From: Anaerotignum sp.
GTDB lineage: Bacteria > Bacillota > Clostridia > Lachnospirales > Anaerotignaceae
DNA length: 64,000 nucleotides
Reading direction: 5' to 3'
Assembly (NCBI GenBank): GCA_045630845.1
Contig: JAZQTP010000045.1
Location: forward strand, 16,526 to 80,525
Shown here piece after piece: positions 1 through 9,566 of this stretch. Position numbers and translations under genes: made by a program. The notes below the pieces were generated by a model, which searched no databases, was not told the DNA's origin, and was given only the letters and a program-made list of their open reading frames with translations. The first letter of the stretch is position 1; each line of letters opens with the position of its first letter.

Positions 1-638
1 GCAACAGGGTCCACACGGAAGATATATTTGTAGCCTTCTGCAGAACCCGGCTGCAGAGCGATATAAATACCTAAGCCAACGAAAAGAATAAAGAAAAGAG
101 GCATCATAATCTTATTTGCTTTTTCGATGCCTTTGCCGATTCCAAGCATGGTGATTGCAATACAGATCACTAGAGCGCCAAGCTGCCAGATGTTGTTGCC
201 AAAGGCACTTGCCATACCGCCAAAAGCACCTGCGTAGCCGTCTACATCGGTATAGGCAAGGGTTGCGCCGGTAAAAGTACCAACGGCATATTTCAGAATC
301 CAGCCCATAACAACGGTGTATCCAATTGCCATTGCCAATGCCCCCGCCATGGGAATCAGACCAATGCCTTCACCCAGACGGCGCTTTCCTTTGCTTTCCA
401 TTGCCATGCCGAAAGCGTTTACGGGGCCGGAACGGGATGCACGACCAAATGCCATTTCACCGATAACGCCGGTTGCACCGATCAGGATGACAAAAATAAA
501 ATAGGGGATTAAGAAAGAACCGCCGCCATACATAGATACTCTCGTAGGAAACATCCATAGATTACCCATGCCGACAGCAGAACCGATACAGGCTAAAATA
601 AAGCCAAGCCTGTTGTTAAAAGAATCTCGTTTTTTCAT
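1..638 (-). CDS. sodium-dependent transporter, SNF/NSS family (N-terminal part; 3' end lies beyond the window start)
   Basis: Own translation of the minus strand from ATG at 636-638; the ORF is open at the window edge, so it is absent from the ORF track. It reads MKKRDSFNNRLGFILACIGSAVGMGNLWMFPTRV..., the G-x-x-V-G-x-G-N-x-W-x-F-P signature of neurotransmitter:sodium symporters. AGGAG-type RBS at about 645-651. Confidence 0.8.
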   Translation of the reverse strand, partial: MKKRDSFNNRLGFILACIGSAVGMGNLWMFPTRVSMYGGGSFLIPYFIFVILIGATGVIGEMAFGRASRSGPVNAFGMAMESKGKRRLGEGIGLIPMAGALAMAIGYTVVMGWILKYAVGTFTGATLAYTDVDGYAGAFGGMASAFGNNIWQLGALVICIAITMLGIGKGIEKANKIMMPLFFILFVGLGIYIALQPGSAEGYKYIFRVDPV

Positions 639-726
639 AAAGCTTCTCCTTTGATATAAATATACTTTGCACAGTATACCATTTTTTTGATAAAAAGAAC
701 ATCCCTAAAATGAAAAAAGTAAAAAA

Positions 727-852
727 GCATTTCGCTTGACGAAATGCTCCGCCTGCGGCGGTGTCGCTAGCGACTGACTACCTTGCCGCCGCCCTGCGTC
801 CCCCGGAGGGTTTTTACTCTATAAGAAACGAAATTTCTTATAGAGTAAAAAA
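727..852 (-). repeat. about 126-nt structured intergenic repeat, copy A (inverted relative to copy B at 27098-27223)
   Basis: By manual alignment the reverse complement matches 27098-27223 with 3 substitutions and 2 single-base indels. It contains four hairpins: gcatttcg/cgaaatgc, gcggcgg/ccgccgc enclosing the 12-nt palindrome gtcgctagcgac, and tactctataagaaa/tttcttatagagta. Confidence 0.9.
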
Positions 853-892
853 GCCCCACTTGTCAGAGCAGTGTACTGCATGACAAGTGGGG
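847..892 (-). terminator. intrinsic terminator of the icd-aconitase-citrate synthase operon
   Basis: 12-bp stem ccccacttgtca (854-865) / tgacaagtgggg (881-892). On the minus strand it is followed by a T6 run (plus-strand aaaaaa at 847-852). It lies 7 nt after the icd stop codon. Confidence 0.8.
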
Positions 893-898
893 GAGGAA

Positions 899-1897
899 TT
901 AAAGTTTAGCGATTACAGCATCGGCAAATGCTTCTGTTGTGGCATTGCCGCCCATATCCTGTGTCAGGATTTCACCTTCGGTAATCACAGAGGCAACCGC
1001 CCGTTCTATGGAAGCTGCGGCTTCAGCCTCACCCAGATGAGAAAGCATCAGGCTTGCAGAGAGAATACAGGCGGTGGGGTTGATTTTATGCTGTCCGGCA
1101 ATATCGGGAGCGGAGCCGTGAATCGGCTCGAAAATTGCGCCGTTTACACCGATATTCGCACTGGGTGTCAGTCCCAGCCCGCCGACCAGACCGGCACACA
1201 AATCAGAAACAATATCCCCATAAAGATTTGGACAAACCAGAACATCATAATCCTCCGGATGCATCACCAGACGCATACACATGGCGTCTACGATGCTGTC
1301 ATCAAATTCGATTTGCGGGTATTCTGCGGCAATCTCTTTTGCAACCCGCAGAAAGAGTCCGTCGGTGCATTTCATGATATTGGCTTTATGTACTGCGGTT
1401 ACTTTTTTTCTGCCTTCTCTGACAGCATAATCAAAGGCATAGCGGCAGATGCGCTCGCAGCCTTTTCTGGTGATAAGCTTGATGCTTTCTGCGGCATCCT
1501 CGCCGATCATATGCTCAATGCCTGCATAAAGGTCTTCCGTATTTTCTCTGACGATTACTAAATCAATGTTGTCAAATTTTGTGACCACACCGGGGTAGGT
1601 TTTGGCAGGGCGTACATTTGCATAAAGGTCAAAGGCTTTACGCAAGGCAACATTTACGCTGCGGAAGCCTGTCCCGATTGGAGTGGTGATGGGACCTTTC
1701 AGTGCAACGCCGTTTCTTTGGATGGATTGGATCACATGGTCGGGCAGGGGTGTGCCATATTTTTCGATCATTGCAGCGCCTGCTTCCATTTCATCCCATT
1801 CAATGGCAACGCCGGTTGCTTCCACTACCTTTTTTGCCGCTGCAATCACCTCCGGTCCGCTGCCGTCACCGGGAATCAGAGTTACTTTATATGCCAT
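899..1897 (-). CDS. icd: isocitrate dehydrogenase (isocitrate/isopropylmalate dehydrogenase family, 332 aa)
   Basis: The [20 protein letters not shown]... has the typical beta-decarboxylating dehydrogenase N-terminus and the GSAPDIAG motif. It is last in an operon with aconitase and a citrate synthase-type enzyme. Confidence 0.8.
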   Translation of the reverse strand: MAYKVTLIPGDGSGPEVIAAAKKVVEATGVAIEWDEMEAGAAMIEKYGTPLPDHVIQSIQRNGVALKGPITTPIGTGFRSVNVALRKAFDLYANVRPAKTYPGVVTKFDNIDLVIVRENTEDLYAGIEHMIGEDAAESIKLITRKGCERICRYAFDYAVREGRKKVTAVHKANIMKCTDGLFLRVAKEIAAEYPQIEFDDSIVDAMCMRLVMHPEDYDVLVCPNLYGDIVSDLCAGLVGGLGLTPSANIGVNGAIFEPIHGSAPDIAGQHKINPTACILSASLMLSHLGEAEAAASIERAVASVITEGEILTQDMGGNATTEAFADAVIAKL

Positions 1898-1948
1898 AAT
1901 GCGTTCGCTTCCTTTCTGTATTTCGGACTGTTTCCAAGGGTGGAAGGC

Positions 1949-3883
1949 TTATTTTGCCTCCTTTGTATAATTCAATAAGCCGCCGGCTAATAGGATTTCT
2001 GCCTGTCTATCGGAAATATTCAGCCTTGTGGCAAAATCCTTGCCTGTGCGTGTGCAGCTTACGATAACATCCTGTCCTTTTACTGCACCACTGATTTGAT
2101 CTGCTGCATATTTTATAATCAGTTCATCGCCCAGCTGGAGGTTGTCATAATCCCATTCATTGACAAAAACCAGAGGTAGAATACCATTGTTGATGAGATT
2201 TGCCATATGAATACGGGCAAAGGATTTGGCAATGACACCTTTTACGCCAAGCTGCAAGGGTGCAAGTGCTGCGTGCTCACGGCTGGAGCCCTGACCGTAG
2301 TTCTGTCCTGCGATGATGAAGCCGCCGCCTGCTTTTTTCGCTCGTGCGGGAAATTCTGCGTCGCAGGGTGTCAGACAGTAATCCGCCAGATAGGGCACAT
2401 TGGAACGGAAGGGCAAAAGCTTTGCGTTGGAAGGCATGATATGATCGGTTGTGATATTATCCTCCACTTTGATAAGGCAGCTGCCTTTGATTTCCTTGGG
2501 AACCTTGGTATTTTTCGGGAAAGGCTGGATATTCGGACCTCTCACGACTTTTACATCCGTGCCGTCTGCGGCAGGAGGGAGAATGAGATTGTCATTCACC
2601 ATGAAATGTGTGGGCATGGAGATCAGCGGTGCATCCCCCAGACAATGAGGATCTGTTACGACGCCGGCTAGTGCAGATGCCACGGCTGTTTCGGGGGATA
2701 CAATATAAACCTGTGCGGATTTTGTGCCGCTTCTGCCTTCAAAGTTTCTGTTTACGGTACGCAGGGAAACGGCATTCGTAGCAGGAGCCTGTCCCATGCC
2801 GATACAAGGGCCGCAGCCACATTCCAGTATTCTGGCACCGGCGGAAATGATATCTGCCAGTGCGCCGTTTGCCGCCAGCATATTCATTACCTGCTTGGAG
2901 CCGGGGGCAATCACAAGGCTTACATCGGGATGCACAGATTTCCCCTTGAGCAGGGAAGCCACAGTCATCATATCCGTATAAGAAGAATTGGTGCAGGAGC
3001 CGATGGCAACCTGATCTACCTTTAAGCCCTGAATGTCTGCAACATTTTTGATATGATCGGGAGAATGGGGGCAGGCAACCAGAGGTACGATTTCATCCAG
3101 TGCAATGGTTACTTCCTCATCATAAACTGCATCTGCATCTGCACACAGTGCAACCCAGTCTTCGCTGCGCCCCTGTGCGTCCAGAAATGCCTTTGTCACC
3201 TCATCAGAAGGGAATACAGAGGTGGTAGCACCCAGCTCTGCACCCATATTTGTGATGGTGGCACGCTGGGGAACAGAAAGAGTTTTTACGCCATCCCCGG
3301 CATATTCCATTACCTTTCCCACGCCGCCTTTTACAGAAAGGCGTTTCAGTACTTCAAGAATGACATCCTTTGCTGTTACCCAAGGGGAAAGCTTTCCTGT
3401 CAGATTGATGCGGCAAACCTTGGGCATAGCCAGATAATACGCACCGCCGCCCATAGCCACGGCAACATCCAGTCCGCCGGCACCAATGGCAAGCATACCG
3501 ATGCCGCCGCCGGTGGGGGTATGGCTGTCAGAGCCTAAAAGCGTTTTACCCGGCTTTCCGAAGCGTTCCAGATGCACCTGATGGCAAATGCCGTTGCCCG
3601 GCTTGGAAAAATAGATGCCGTGCTTGGAGGCAACGGTCTGGATATATTTATGGTCGTCTGCATTTTCAAAGCCGGTTTGTAGTGTGTTGTGGTCAATATA
3701 AGCAACAGATTTTTCTGTTTTTACCCGAGGGATGCCGATTGCTTCAAACTGCAAATATGCCATAGTGCCGGTGGAATCCTGTGTTAATGTCTGGTCTATT
3801 TTGATGGCAATTTCTTTTCCGGCAACCATTTCGCCGCTTACCAGATGGCTTTTGATTAGTTTTTGGGTTAAATTCATTCCCAT
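1949..3883 (-). CDS. aconitate hydratase (about 640-aa clostridial type)
   Basis: Fe-S ligand motifs IGSCTNSS and CGCGPCIGMGQ. The start is moved to the MGMNLTQK ATG at 3883, which has an AGGAGG RBS 8 nt upstream. The ORF-track start at 3925 would overlap the upstream gene. Confidence 0.85.
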   Translation of the reverse strand: MGMNLTQKLIKSHLVSGEMVAGKEIAIKIDQTLTQDSTGTMAYLQFEAIGIPRVKTEKSVAYIDHNTLQTGFENADDHKYIQTVASKHGIYFSKPGNGICHQVHLERFGKPGKTLLGSDSHTPTGGGIGMLAIGAGGLDVAVAMGGGAYYLAMPKVCRINLTGKLSPWVTAKDVILEVLKRLSVKGGVGKVMEYAGDGVKTLSVPQRATITNMGAELGATTSVFPSDEVTKAFLDAQGRSEDWVALCADADAVYDEEVTIALDEIVPLVACPHSPDHIKNVADIQGLKVDQVAIGSCTNSSYTDMMTVASLLKGKSVHPDVSLVIAPGSKQVMNMLAANGALADIISAGARILECGCGPCIGMGQAPATNAVSLRTVNRNFEGRSGTKSAQVYIVSPETAVASALAGVVTDPHCLGDAPLISMPTHFMVNDNLILPPAADGTDVKVVRGPNIQPFPKNTKVPKEIKGSCLIKVEDNITTDHIMPSNAKLLPFRSNVPYLADYCLTPCDAEFPARAKKAGGGFIIAGQNYGQGSSREHAALAPLQLGVKGVIAKSFARIHMANLINNGILPLVFVNEWDYDNLQLGDELIIKYAADQISGAVKGQDVIVSCTRTGKDFATRLNISDRQAEILLAGGLLNYTKEAK

Positions 3884-3905
3884 ATTTCTTTCCTCCTGAA
3901 AATAA

Positions 3906-5294
3906 TCATTTGATATATGCTGCAAATGCGGGGAGCAGCAATTTCACGGCATCTTCCATTTCCTCTTCGGAAATAAAGGTCATACGCCCGTCTTCATACT
4001 GTTTGTCTACCCATTCTTTCAGAATAGCGGTTTCTGGATCATTTTTGCTGATTTTTCTGCCGTCGGGCAGACCGATGGATTGATTTAGCCAGTAGGCAAC
4101 TCCGGCAAGTCCGGAATTTTTATTTACCTCTACACTGAGGGGGCGGTTCAGAATTTTTCCTGTGTTGAAGATGTTATAGATTTCCTCATCCTTCGCAACA
4201 CCGTCTGCGTGGATGCCTGCACGGGTTACATTGAAATCTCTGCCGACAAAAGGTGTGCGAGGGGGCAGCTTATAATGCAGCTCTTTTTCATAGAAATGTG
4301 CAATCTCCGTAATTACGGTGGGGTCCATGCCGTCCAGTGTGCCACGCAGGGAAGCGTATTCCATTACCATAGCCTCCAGTGGTGTGTTTCCGGTTCTTTC
4401 GCCGATGCCAAGGAGAGATGTGTTTACGGCAGAACAGCCGTAAAGCCATGCGGTGGAGGCGTTTACAACGGCTTTATAAAAATCGTTGTGCCCGTGCCAT
4501 TCCAAAAGCTCGGAGGGTATTTGTGCAAAGTGATTGACACCATAAATGATACCGCCTACAGAACGGGGCAGAGTAGCACCGGGATAAGGTACGCCATAGC
4601 CCATGGTATCGCAGAAACGGATTTTTACAGGTGTCTGATATTTATCCATCAGATGCTTCAGCTCTGTTGCAAAAGGAACAACGCAGCCATAGAAATCGGC
4701 TCTGGTAACATCCTCGAAGTGACAGCGTGGAATAATTCCCATTTCCAGCGCAGCCTCTACGATTTCCAGGTAGCCCTCAATGGCTTCCCGTCTGGTCTTT
4801 TGCAGTTTATTGAAGATATGATAGTCGGAGCAGGAAACCAGAATACCACATTCCTTCAGCCCCATTTCCTTTACCAGCTTGAAATCTTCCTTTGTGGCGC
4901 GAATCCAGCCGGTGATTTCCGGAAATTCAAAGCCCAGATCACGGCAGGCATCTATGGCTTTGCGGTCCGTTTCACTGTAAAGGAAAAATTCACACTGCCT
5001 GATTTTTCCTTTCGGGCCGCCCAGACGATGCAGCATTTCATAAAGCTTTTTGATTTGTTCTACGGTATAGGGCGCACGGGATTGCTGCCCATCCCGAAAG
5101 GTGGTATCAGTGATCCAGATTTCGTCTGGCACATTCATAGGAACTTGCCGATAGTTGAAGGTAACCTTTGGTATTTCATCGTAATTGAAATTATCACGAT
5201 ACAGATTGGGCTCTGTAACATCCTGTAGGCTGTACTGATATCTGCGTAGCTCCAGTAAGTTAGTTTTATTATTGTATGTAATCAAGAAAATCAC
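3906..5294 (-). CDS. Re-citrate synthase-like enzyme (homocitrate synthase / 2-isopropylmalate synthase family)
   Basis: HMGL-like motif ITDTTFRDGQQ. Its position upstream of aconitase and icd matches the clostridial Re-citrate synthase arrangement (established for C. kluyveri). The exact start is uncertain because the GTG at 5294 has a poorly spaced RBS. Confidence 0.7.
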   Translation of the reverse strand: MIFLITYNNKTNLLELRRYQYSLQDVTEPNLYRDNFNYDEIPKVTFNYRQVPMNVPDEIWITDTTFRDGQQSRAPYTVEQIKKLYEMLHRLGGPKGKIRQCEFFLYSETDRKAIDACRDLGFEFPEITGWIRATKEDFKLVKEMGLKECGILVSCSDYHIFNKLQKTRREAIEGYLEIVEAALEMGIIPRCHFEDVTRADFYGCVVPFATELKHLMDKYQTPVKIRFCDTMGYGVPYPGATLPRSVGGIIYGVNHFAQIPSELLEWHGHNDFYKAVVNASTAWLYGCSAVNTSLLGIGERTGNTPLEAMVMEYASLRGTLDGMDPTVITEIAHFYEKELHYKLPPRTPFVGRDFNVTRAGIHADGVAKDEEIYNIFNTGKILNRPLSVEVNKNSGLAGVAYWLNQSIGLPDGRKISKNDPETAILKEWVDKQYEDGRMTFISEEEMEDAVKLLLPAFAAYIK

Positions 5295-5646
5295 CCTTTC
5301 ACATGATTTTTGTACGCCGAAAAGAAACAGATGTTTTTGTAATATCTTATTTAATTATAGAATATATCAATCATATATCTGTTTGTCAATGAAAATCCAT
5401 AAATTTTGAGAATGTTTTATCGTTCAAGAAAAAAGGCGAAAATGTGTTAAAATATTGGATATATCTATATTCTTATGAATATGATTTACACAAAACAATA
5501 GAAAAAATAAATAGAATATGGATTGATAATAAAAAAGATTAGAATAATCTATAGAAATGCTTTTTGAAATATGGAATAACGCAGTTGGCATTCCTTTTTG
5601 AATGTGATACAATCTGAAAAATAGCAGAATTTACGGAGGAAGAAAG

Positions 5647-5883
5647 ATGGAAATGAAAGAAATACTGAAAATTGTAGATGAAATTTATCATAAAAAGAAT
5701 GAGGTGGATGCGACAGACCTGTATCGGTCGGCAGGGATTACAGCTACAGAAGCGAATGATTTTATTCTGCGGATGGAAGAAGAAGGCCTTGCTGAGGTAG
5801 TAGAGATTGATATGTGCTGTGCGGCGGATTATGTGGTAAAGGGACTGACAAAAAAGGGAAAAGCGCTGCTTGGGGAAGAATAA
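5647..5883 (+). CDS. small hypothetical protein (78 aa), possibly winged-helix-like
   Basis: ATG preceded by the GGAGGAAG RBS. No recognisable catalytic motif. Confidence 0.5.
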   Translation: MEMKEILKIVDEIYHKKNEVDATDLYRSAGITATEANDFILRMEEEGLAEVVEIDMCCAADYVVKGLTKKGKALLGEE

Positions 5884-5989
5884 GCAAAAGGCGGCGGAGA
5901 ATATTGAAAGGCGTGCGGCTCTGTGCTATATTGTATGGAAAGCATCATTTTCTTTGGGGATGGAAAATGAGGGGAAGGAGAAGAGGAAA

Positions 5990-6757
5990 ATGACAGAGCG
6001 TTTTGAGATTATTGCTCCATTGCCCTATGGCGGCAGCGAGACGCGTTTTGCATATATTTATTTGCCGAAATCTTATTTTAATGAACCAAACAGAAGATAT
6101 CCGGTGCTCTATATGTTTGATGGGCATAATGTGTTCTTTGATGAGGATGCGACTTATGGAAAATCATGGGGGATGGAGGACTTCATGAACCGCAGCCGTA
6201 TTCAGATGATTATTTGTGCGGTGGAATGCAGTCATGATCCGGATAATGGCAGATTAAAGGAATATGCGCCCTTTACCTTTCGCAATAGCCAGCTTGGCAT
6301 AATTGAAGGCAGAGGAAAGATGACTATGGATTGGTATGTGAATGAACTGAAGCCTGCGGTGGATGAGAATTTCCGCACCAGACCCGGCAGAGAATACACT
6401 TATATTGCCGGCTCCTCTATGGGGGGGCTGATGACGCTCTATGCTTTGATGGAATACAATCACATCTTTTCAAAAGGGGCGGCATTGTCCCCCTCTCTTT
6501 GGACAGATTTTCAAAAAATAAAGGCGATGATTAGCAGGGCAAAGCTGGATCCTTACACGGTGCTTTATATGGACTATGGCTCGGAAGAATTTTCCTATCA
6601 CCGCTCTATGCGTAGAATTTTTGGAGAATGCACCTCTTTGCTGATGCAGAAGGGGGTTTTGCTGGATAGCCGTATTGTACCCGGTGGGAATCATAGTGAA
6701 GCAAGCTGGGAAAAGCAGCTACGCTTTTTCATGCAGACATTGCTTTATAAACCATGA
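5990..6757 (+). CDS. alpha/beta-hydrolase, putative esterase (esterase D / enterochelin-esterase-like)
   Basis: GSSMGG nucleophile elbow, and YLPKSY...YPVLYMFDGHN typical of the putative-esterase family. The start is set at the MTERFEI ATG at 5990, after GGAGAAGAGG. The ORF-track N-terminal extension has no RBS. Confidence 0.75.
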   Translation: MTERFEIIAPLPYGGSETRFAYIYLPKSYFNEPNRRYPVLYMFDGHNVFFDEDATYGKSWGMEDFMNRSRIQMIICAVECSHDPDNGRLKEYAPFTFRNSQLGIIEGRGKMTMDWYVNELKPAVDENFRTRPGREYTYIAGSSMGGLMTLYALMEYNHIFSKGAALSPSLWTDFQKIKAMISRAKLDPYTVLYMDYGSEEFSYHRSMRRIFGECTSLLMQKGVLLDSRIVPGGNHSEASWEKQLRFFMQTLLYKP

Positions 6758-6794
6758 GAAAATGAATTTTCAGAAGAAGACTGGAGGCGTTTTA

Positions 6795-7991
6795 ATGAGT
6801 AAGAATATCATTTTTATTTCACCTAATTTTCCTGAAAACTACTGGCATTTTTGTAAAGAATTAAAGGATAATGGCATGAATGTGCTGGGCATCGGCGATC
6901 AGCCTTATGATGCGCTTCGTACAGAATTAAAGGAAAATCTGAACGAATACTATAAAGTAAGCAGTCTGGAGAGCTATGATGAGGTTTATCGTGCGGTAGC
7001 TTTCTTTGCATTCAAACATGGCAAAATCGAATGGCTGGAATCCAATAATGAATATTGGCTGGAAAGAGATGCGAAGCTGCGTACGGATTTCAACATTACA
7101 ACAGGCTTCCATACGGAGGATATTCCTCGCATCAAATACAAATCCAAAATGAAGGAGTATTACAAAAAAGCGGGCTTGACTGTGGCACGCTATCATTTGG
7201 TGGATGATTTGGCTGCCTGCAAAAAATTCATTCGGGAAGTGGGCTACCCTGTTGTAGCCAAGCCGGATAATGGTGTCGGTGCATCTCATAATTTTAAGAT
7301 CAGAAACGATGCGGAGCTGGAAAGCTTCTATGAGCAGCGGCATGAGGGTGTTGTTTATATTATGGAGGAATTTGTAAACGGTATTGTAAATTCCTATGAT
7401 GCCATCATTGATTCCAAGGGCGAAATCATGTTTGAAACAGGGAATATCTCCCTTGGCTCTATTATGGATATTGTAAATGAAAAGCAAAATTCCAAGTTTT
7501 ATATCCTGAAAGAGCTGCCGGAGGACACGAAAAAGGCTGGCAGAGATACGGTAAAAGCCTTTGGCGTAAAGAGCCGTTTTGTTCATTTTGAATTTTTCCG
7601 TCTGTTGGAGGATCAGAAAGGGCTTGGGAAAAAAGGCGACATCATGGCACTGGAGGTAAATATGCGTCCCAGTGGCGGCGTTTCTCCCGATATGATCAAT
7701 TTTGCCCATAGCACGGATGTATATAAAATCTGGGCAGATATGGTGGCTTTCGATCAGTCTACAAAGCCGGAGGGCGAGCATACATACTGTGGGTTTATTG
7801 GCCTGCGTGATGAAAAGACCTTTGTGATGTCCCATGGGGATATTATGGAAAAATATGGCGCTCATATCAAAATGTCTGAGCGTGTTCCGGATGCACTTTC
7901 CGGTGCAATGGGAAATCAGATGTATCTGGCTACTTTCCCGACAGAAGAAGAATTGATGCATTTCTATGATGACATTTCCAAAGAAGTATAA
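6795..7991 (+). CDS. ATP-grasp domain protein (carboxylate-amine ligase-like, function unknown)
   Basis: GYPVVAKPDNGVGA and EEFV...ALEVNMRP blocks are typical of the ATP-grasp fold. The start is at the MSKNIIF ATG at 6795, with a GGAGG RBS at 6784-6788. Confidence 0.7.
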   Translation: MSKNIIFISPNFPENYWHFCKELKDNGMNVLGIGDQPYDALRTELKENLNEYYKVSSLESYDEVYRAVAFFAFKHGKIEWLESNNEYWLERDAKLRTDFNITTGFHTEDIPRIKYKSKMKEYYKKAGLTVARYHLVDDLAACKKFIREVGYPVVAKPDNGVGASHNFKIRNDAELESFYEQRHEGVVYIMEEFVNGIVNSYDAIIDSKGEIMFETGNISLGSIMDIVNEKQNSKFYILKELPEDTKKAGRDTVKAFGVKSRFVHFEFFRLLEDQKGLGKKGDIMALEVNMRPSGGVSPDMINFAHSTDVYKIWADMVAFDQSTKPEGEHTYCGFIGLRDEKTFVMSHGDIMEKYGAHIKMSERVPDALSGAMGNQMYLATFPTEEELMHFYDDISKEV

Positions 7992-8092
7992 ATAGAGTGG
8001 GAAAGACCTGATTTTGATTCGGGTCTTTTTCTTATGATAGGTGGGGAAAAGGTGGTCAAAAAGAAATTTCGTTTTTTTTCGACAGATAAGTA

Positions 8093-8122
8093 TTGAAATT
8101 ATTGTGAAAAATAGGGTATACT
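8093..8122 (+). promoter_or_regulatory. sigma-A-type promoter for the purine permease gene
   Basis: TTGAAA (8093-8098), 18-nt spacer, TATACT (8117-8122), about 45 nt before the start codon. Confidence 0.4.
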
Positions 8123-8169
8123 TTTTCAGTATCAAATATTGGTAGCAGTGACAAAAAGGAGGTAATATT

Positions 8170-9507
8170 TTGAGTTTTTTAGAGAAGTGCTTTCGATTAA
8201 GAGAGCATAACACAACAGTAAAAACGGAAGTCATGGCCGGTATTACAACATTCATGACAATGGCGTACATTCTGGTGGTTAACCCCAGCATTCTGTCTGC
8301 GACAGGTATGGATTATGGTGCAGTGCTTGGGGCAACCTGTATCGCATCTGCCTTCGGTACCTTTCTGATGGCATTTTTTGCGAATTATCCTTTTGTACTG
8401 GCACCCGGTATGGGGCTGAATGCGTATTTTGCATATACGGTTGTATCCCAGTATGGCTATGGCTGGGAAGTGGCACTGGCTGCGGTATTTGTAGAGGGTA
8501 TTATTTTTATCCTGCTTTCACTGGTAAATATTCGTGAGGCGATTTTTAATGCAATTCCCACGAATATGAAAAAAGCGGTAAGTGTGGGTATCGGTATGTT
8601 TATCGCATTTATCGGCATGCAGAATGCAGGTATTGTTGTGAATAATGCGTCTACCTGTGTTGCGCTGGGTGATGTGAAATCCGTTTCCGTTGCGCTGGCA
8701 CTGATTGGCACAATCCTGACCTTGGTTCTGGTTATCAGAAAAGTAAAAGGTGCATTGTTGGTAGGTATCCTGCTGACATGGATTTTGGGCATTATCTGTC
8801 AGCTGGCAGGTATTTATCAGGTAAATCCGGATGCAGGTATGTATTCTCTAATTCCTACCGGTATTGTTTCTGCACCCCCCAGCATTGCGCCTGTAGCAGG
8901 TAAGCTGAGCTTTGCCGGTGTTTCTATATTTGACTTTATTGTTGTTGTATTTGCGTTTTTGTTTGTTGACTTGTTTGATACACTGGGCACACTCATTGGT
9001 GTATCTACAAAAGCAGGCTTCCTTGATAAAGATGGAAAGCTGCCTAAAATCAAGGGTGCATTGATGGCGGATGCTGTGGCAACAACAGCTGGTGCTGTTT
9101 TGGGTACTTCTACAGTAACAACCTTTGTTGAATCCGCTTCCGGCGTATCCGATGGCGGTAGAACCGGTTTGACAGCGTTCACAGCAGGTATTCTGTTTTT
9201 GGTAGCACTGCTGTTTTCCCCCATTCTGACAACAATTCCTTCCTTTGCGACAACGCCTGCGCTGATTGTTGTTGGGTTGATGATGGCAGAAAATGTAACA
9301 GAAATCAGCTTCTCTGATTTTTCCGAGGGCTTCCCTGCATTTATGACAATCCTGATGATGGTTGTATGCTACAGCATTTCGGAGGGTCTGGTATTTGGCG
9401 TAATTTCTTATGTTCTGCTGAAGCTGCTGTGCGGCAAAAAGAATGAACTGAATCCTGTAATCGTAATTATTGCATTCCTGTTCTTGCTGAAGCTGATTTT
9501 GGCTTAA
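8170..9507 (+). CDS. NCS2-family purine permease (AzgA/PbuG-like adenine/guanine/hypoxanthine transporter)
   Basis: MSFLEKCFRLREHNTTVKTEVMAGITTFMTMAYILVVNP... is the characteristic AzgA-type N-terminus. There are multiple TM segments. TTG start with an AAGGAGG RBS. Confidence 0.85.
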   Translation: MSFLEKCFRLREHNTTVKTEVMAGITTFMTMAYILVVNPSILSATGMDYGAVLGATCIASAFGTFLMAFFANYPFVLAPGMGLNAYFAYTVVSQYGYGWEVALAAVFVEGIIFILLSLVNIREAIFNAIPTNMKKAVSVGIGMFIAFIGMQNAGIVVNNASTCVALGDVKSVSVALALIGTILTLVLVIRKVKGALLVGILLTWILGIICQLAGIYQVNPDAGMYSLIPTGIVSAPPSIAPVAGKLSFAGVSIFDFIVVVFAFLFVDLFDTLGTLIGVSTKAGFLDKDGKLPKIKGALMADAVATTAGAVLGTSTVTTFVESASGVSDGGRTGLTAFTAGILFLVALLFSPILTTIPSFATTPALIVVGLMMAENVTEISFSDFSEGFPAFMTILMMVVCYSISEGLVFGVISYVLLKLLCGKKNELNPVIVIIAFLFLLKLILA

Positions 9508-9566
9508 AGGATTATTTGGTATAGAAAAATGAGTTTTGGTGCATACTTCGCCTAAGAGGTGGTTTT

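Noticed and set aside
4209-5228. A 339-aa plus-strand ORF antisense to the Re-citrate synthase gene, together with similar cases at 33002-33847, 27359-28135, 39761-40618, 55128-55847 and 11118-12170.
   Set aside because: All lie fully inside well-supported genes on the other strand, lack an RBS and show no recognisable domains.
5870-5989. N-terminal extensions in the ORF track: esterase 5870, ATP-grasp 6675, radA 16347, pyc 17952, SPFH 27428, sortase 58562, VirD4 52997 and others.
   Set aside because: The extensions lack an RBS, overlap upstream genes or terminators, and in each case an internal ATG with a good Shine-Dalgarno box begins the conserved part of the protein.
8020-8169. A purine (guanine/adenine) riboswitch might be expected upstream of an AzgA/PbuG-type permease.
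   Set aside because: I could not find the conserved three-way-junction core (the tataat...ggatatggc...ctaccgg...ccgtaaat-type segments) or a plausible P1 stem. Only a promoter-like TTGAAA-18-TATACT is present.
6927-8291. A 454-aa ORF on the minus strand, antisense to the ATP-grasp gene and spanning the intergenic region.
   Set aside because: The translation is low-complexity and rich in Phe/Ile/His/Cys, with no RBS and no motif. The plus-strand genes have clear family signatures. It is a typical stop-poor antisense frame.
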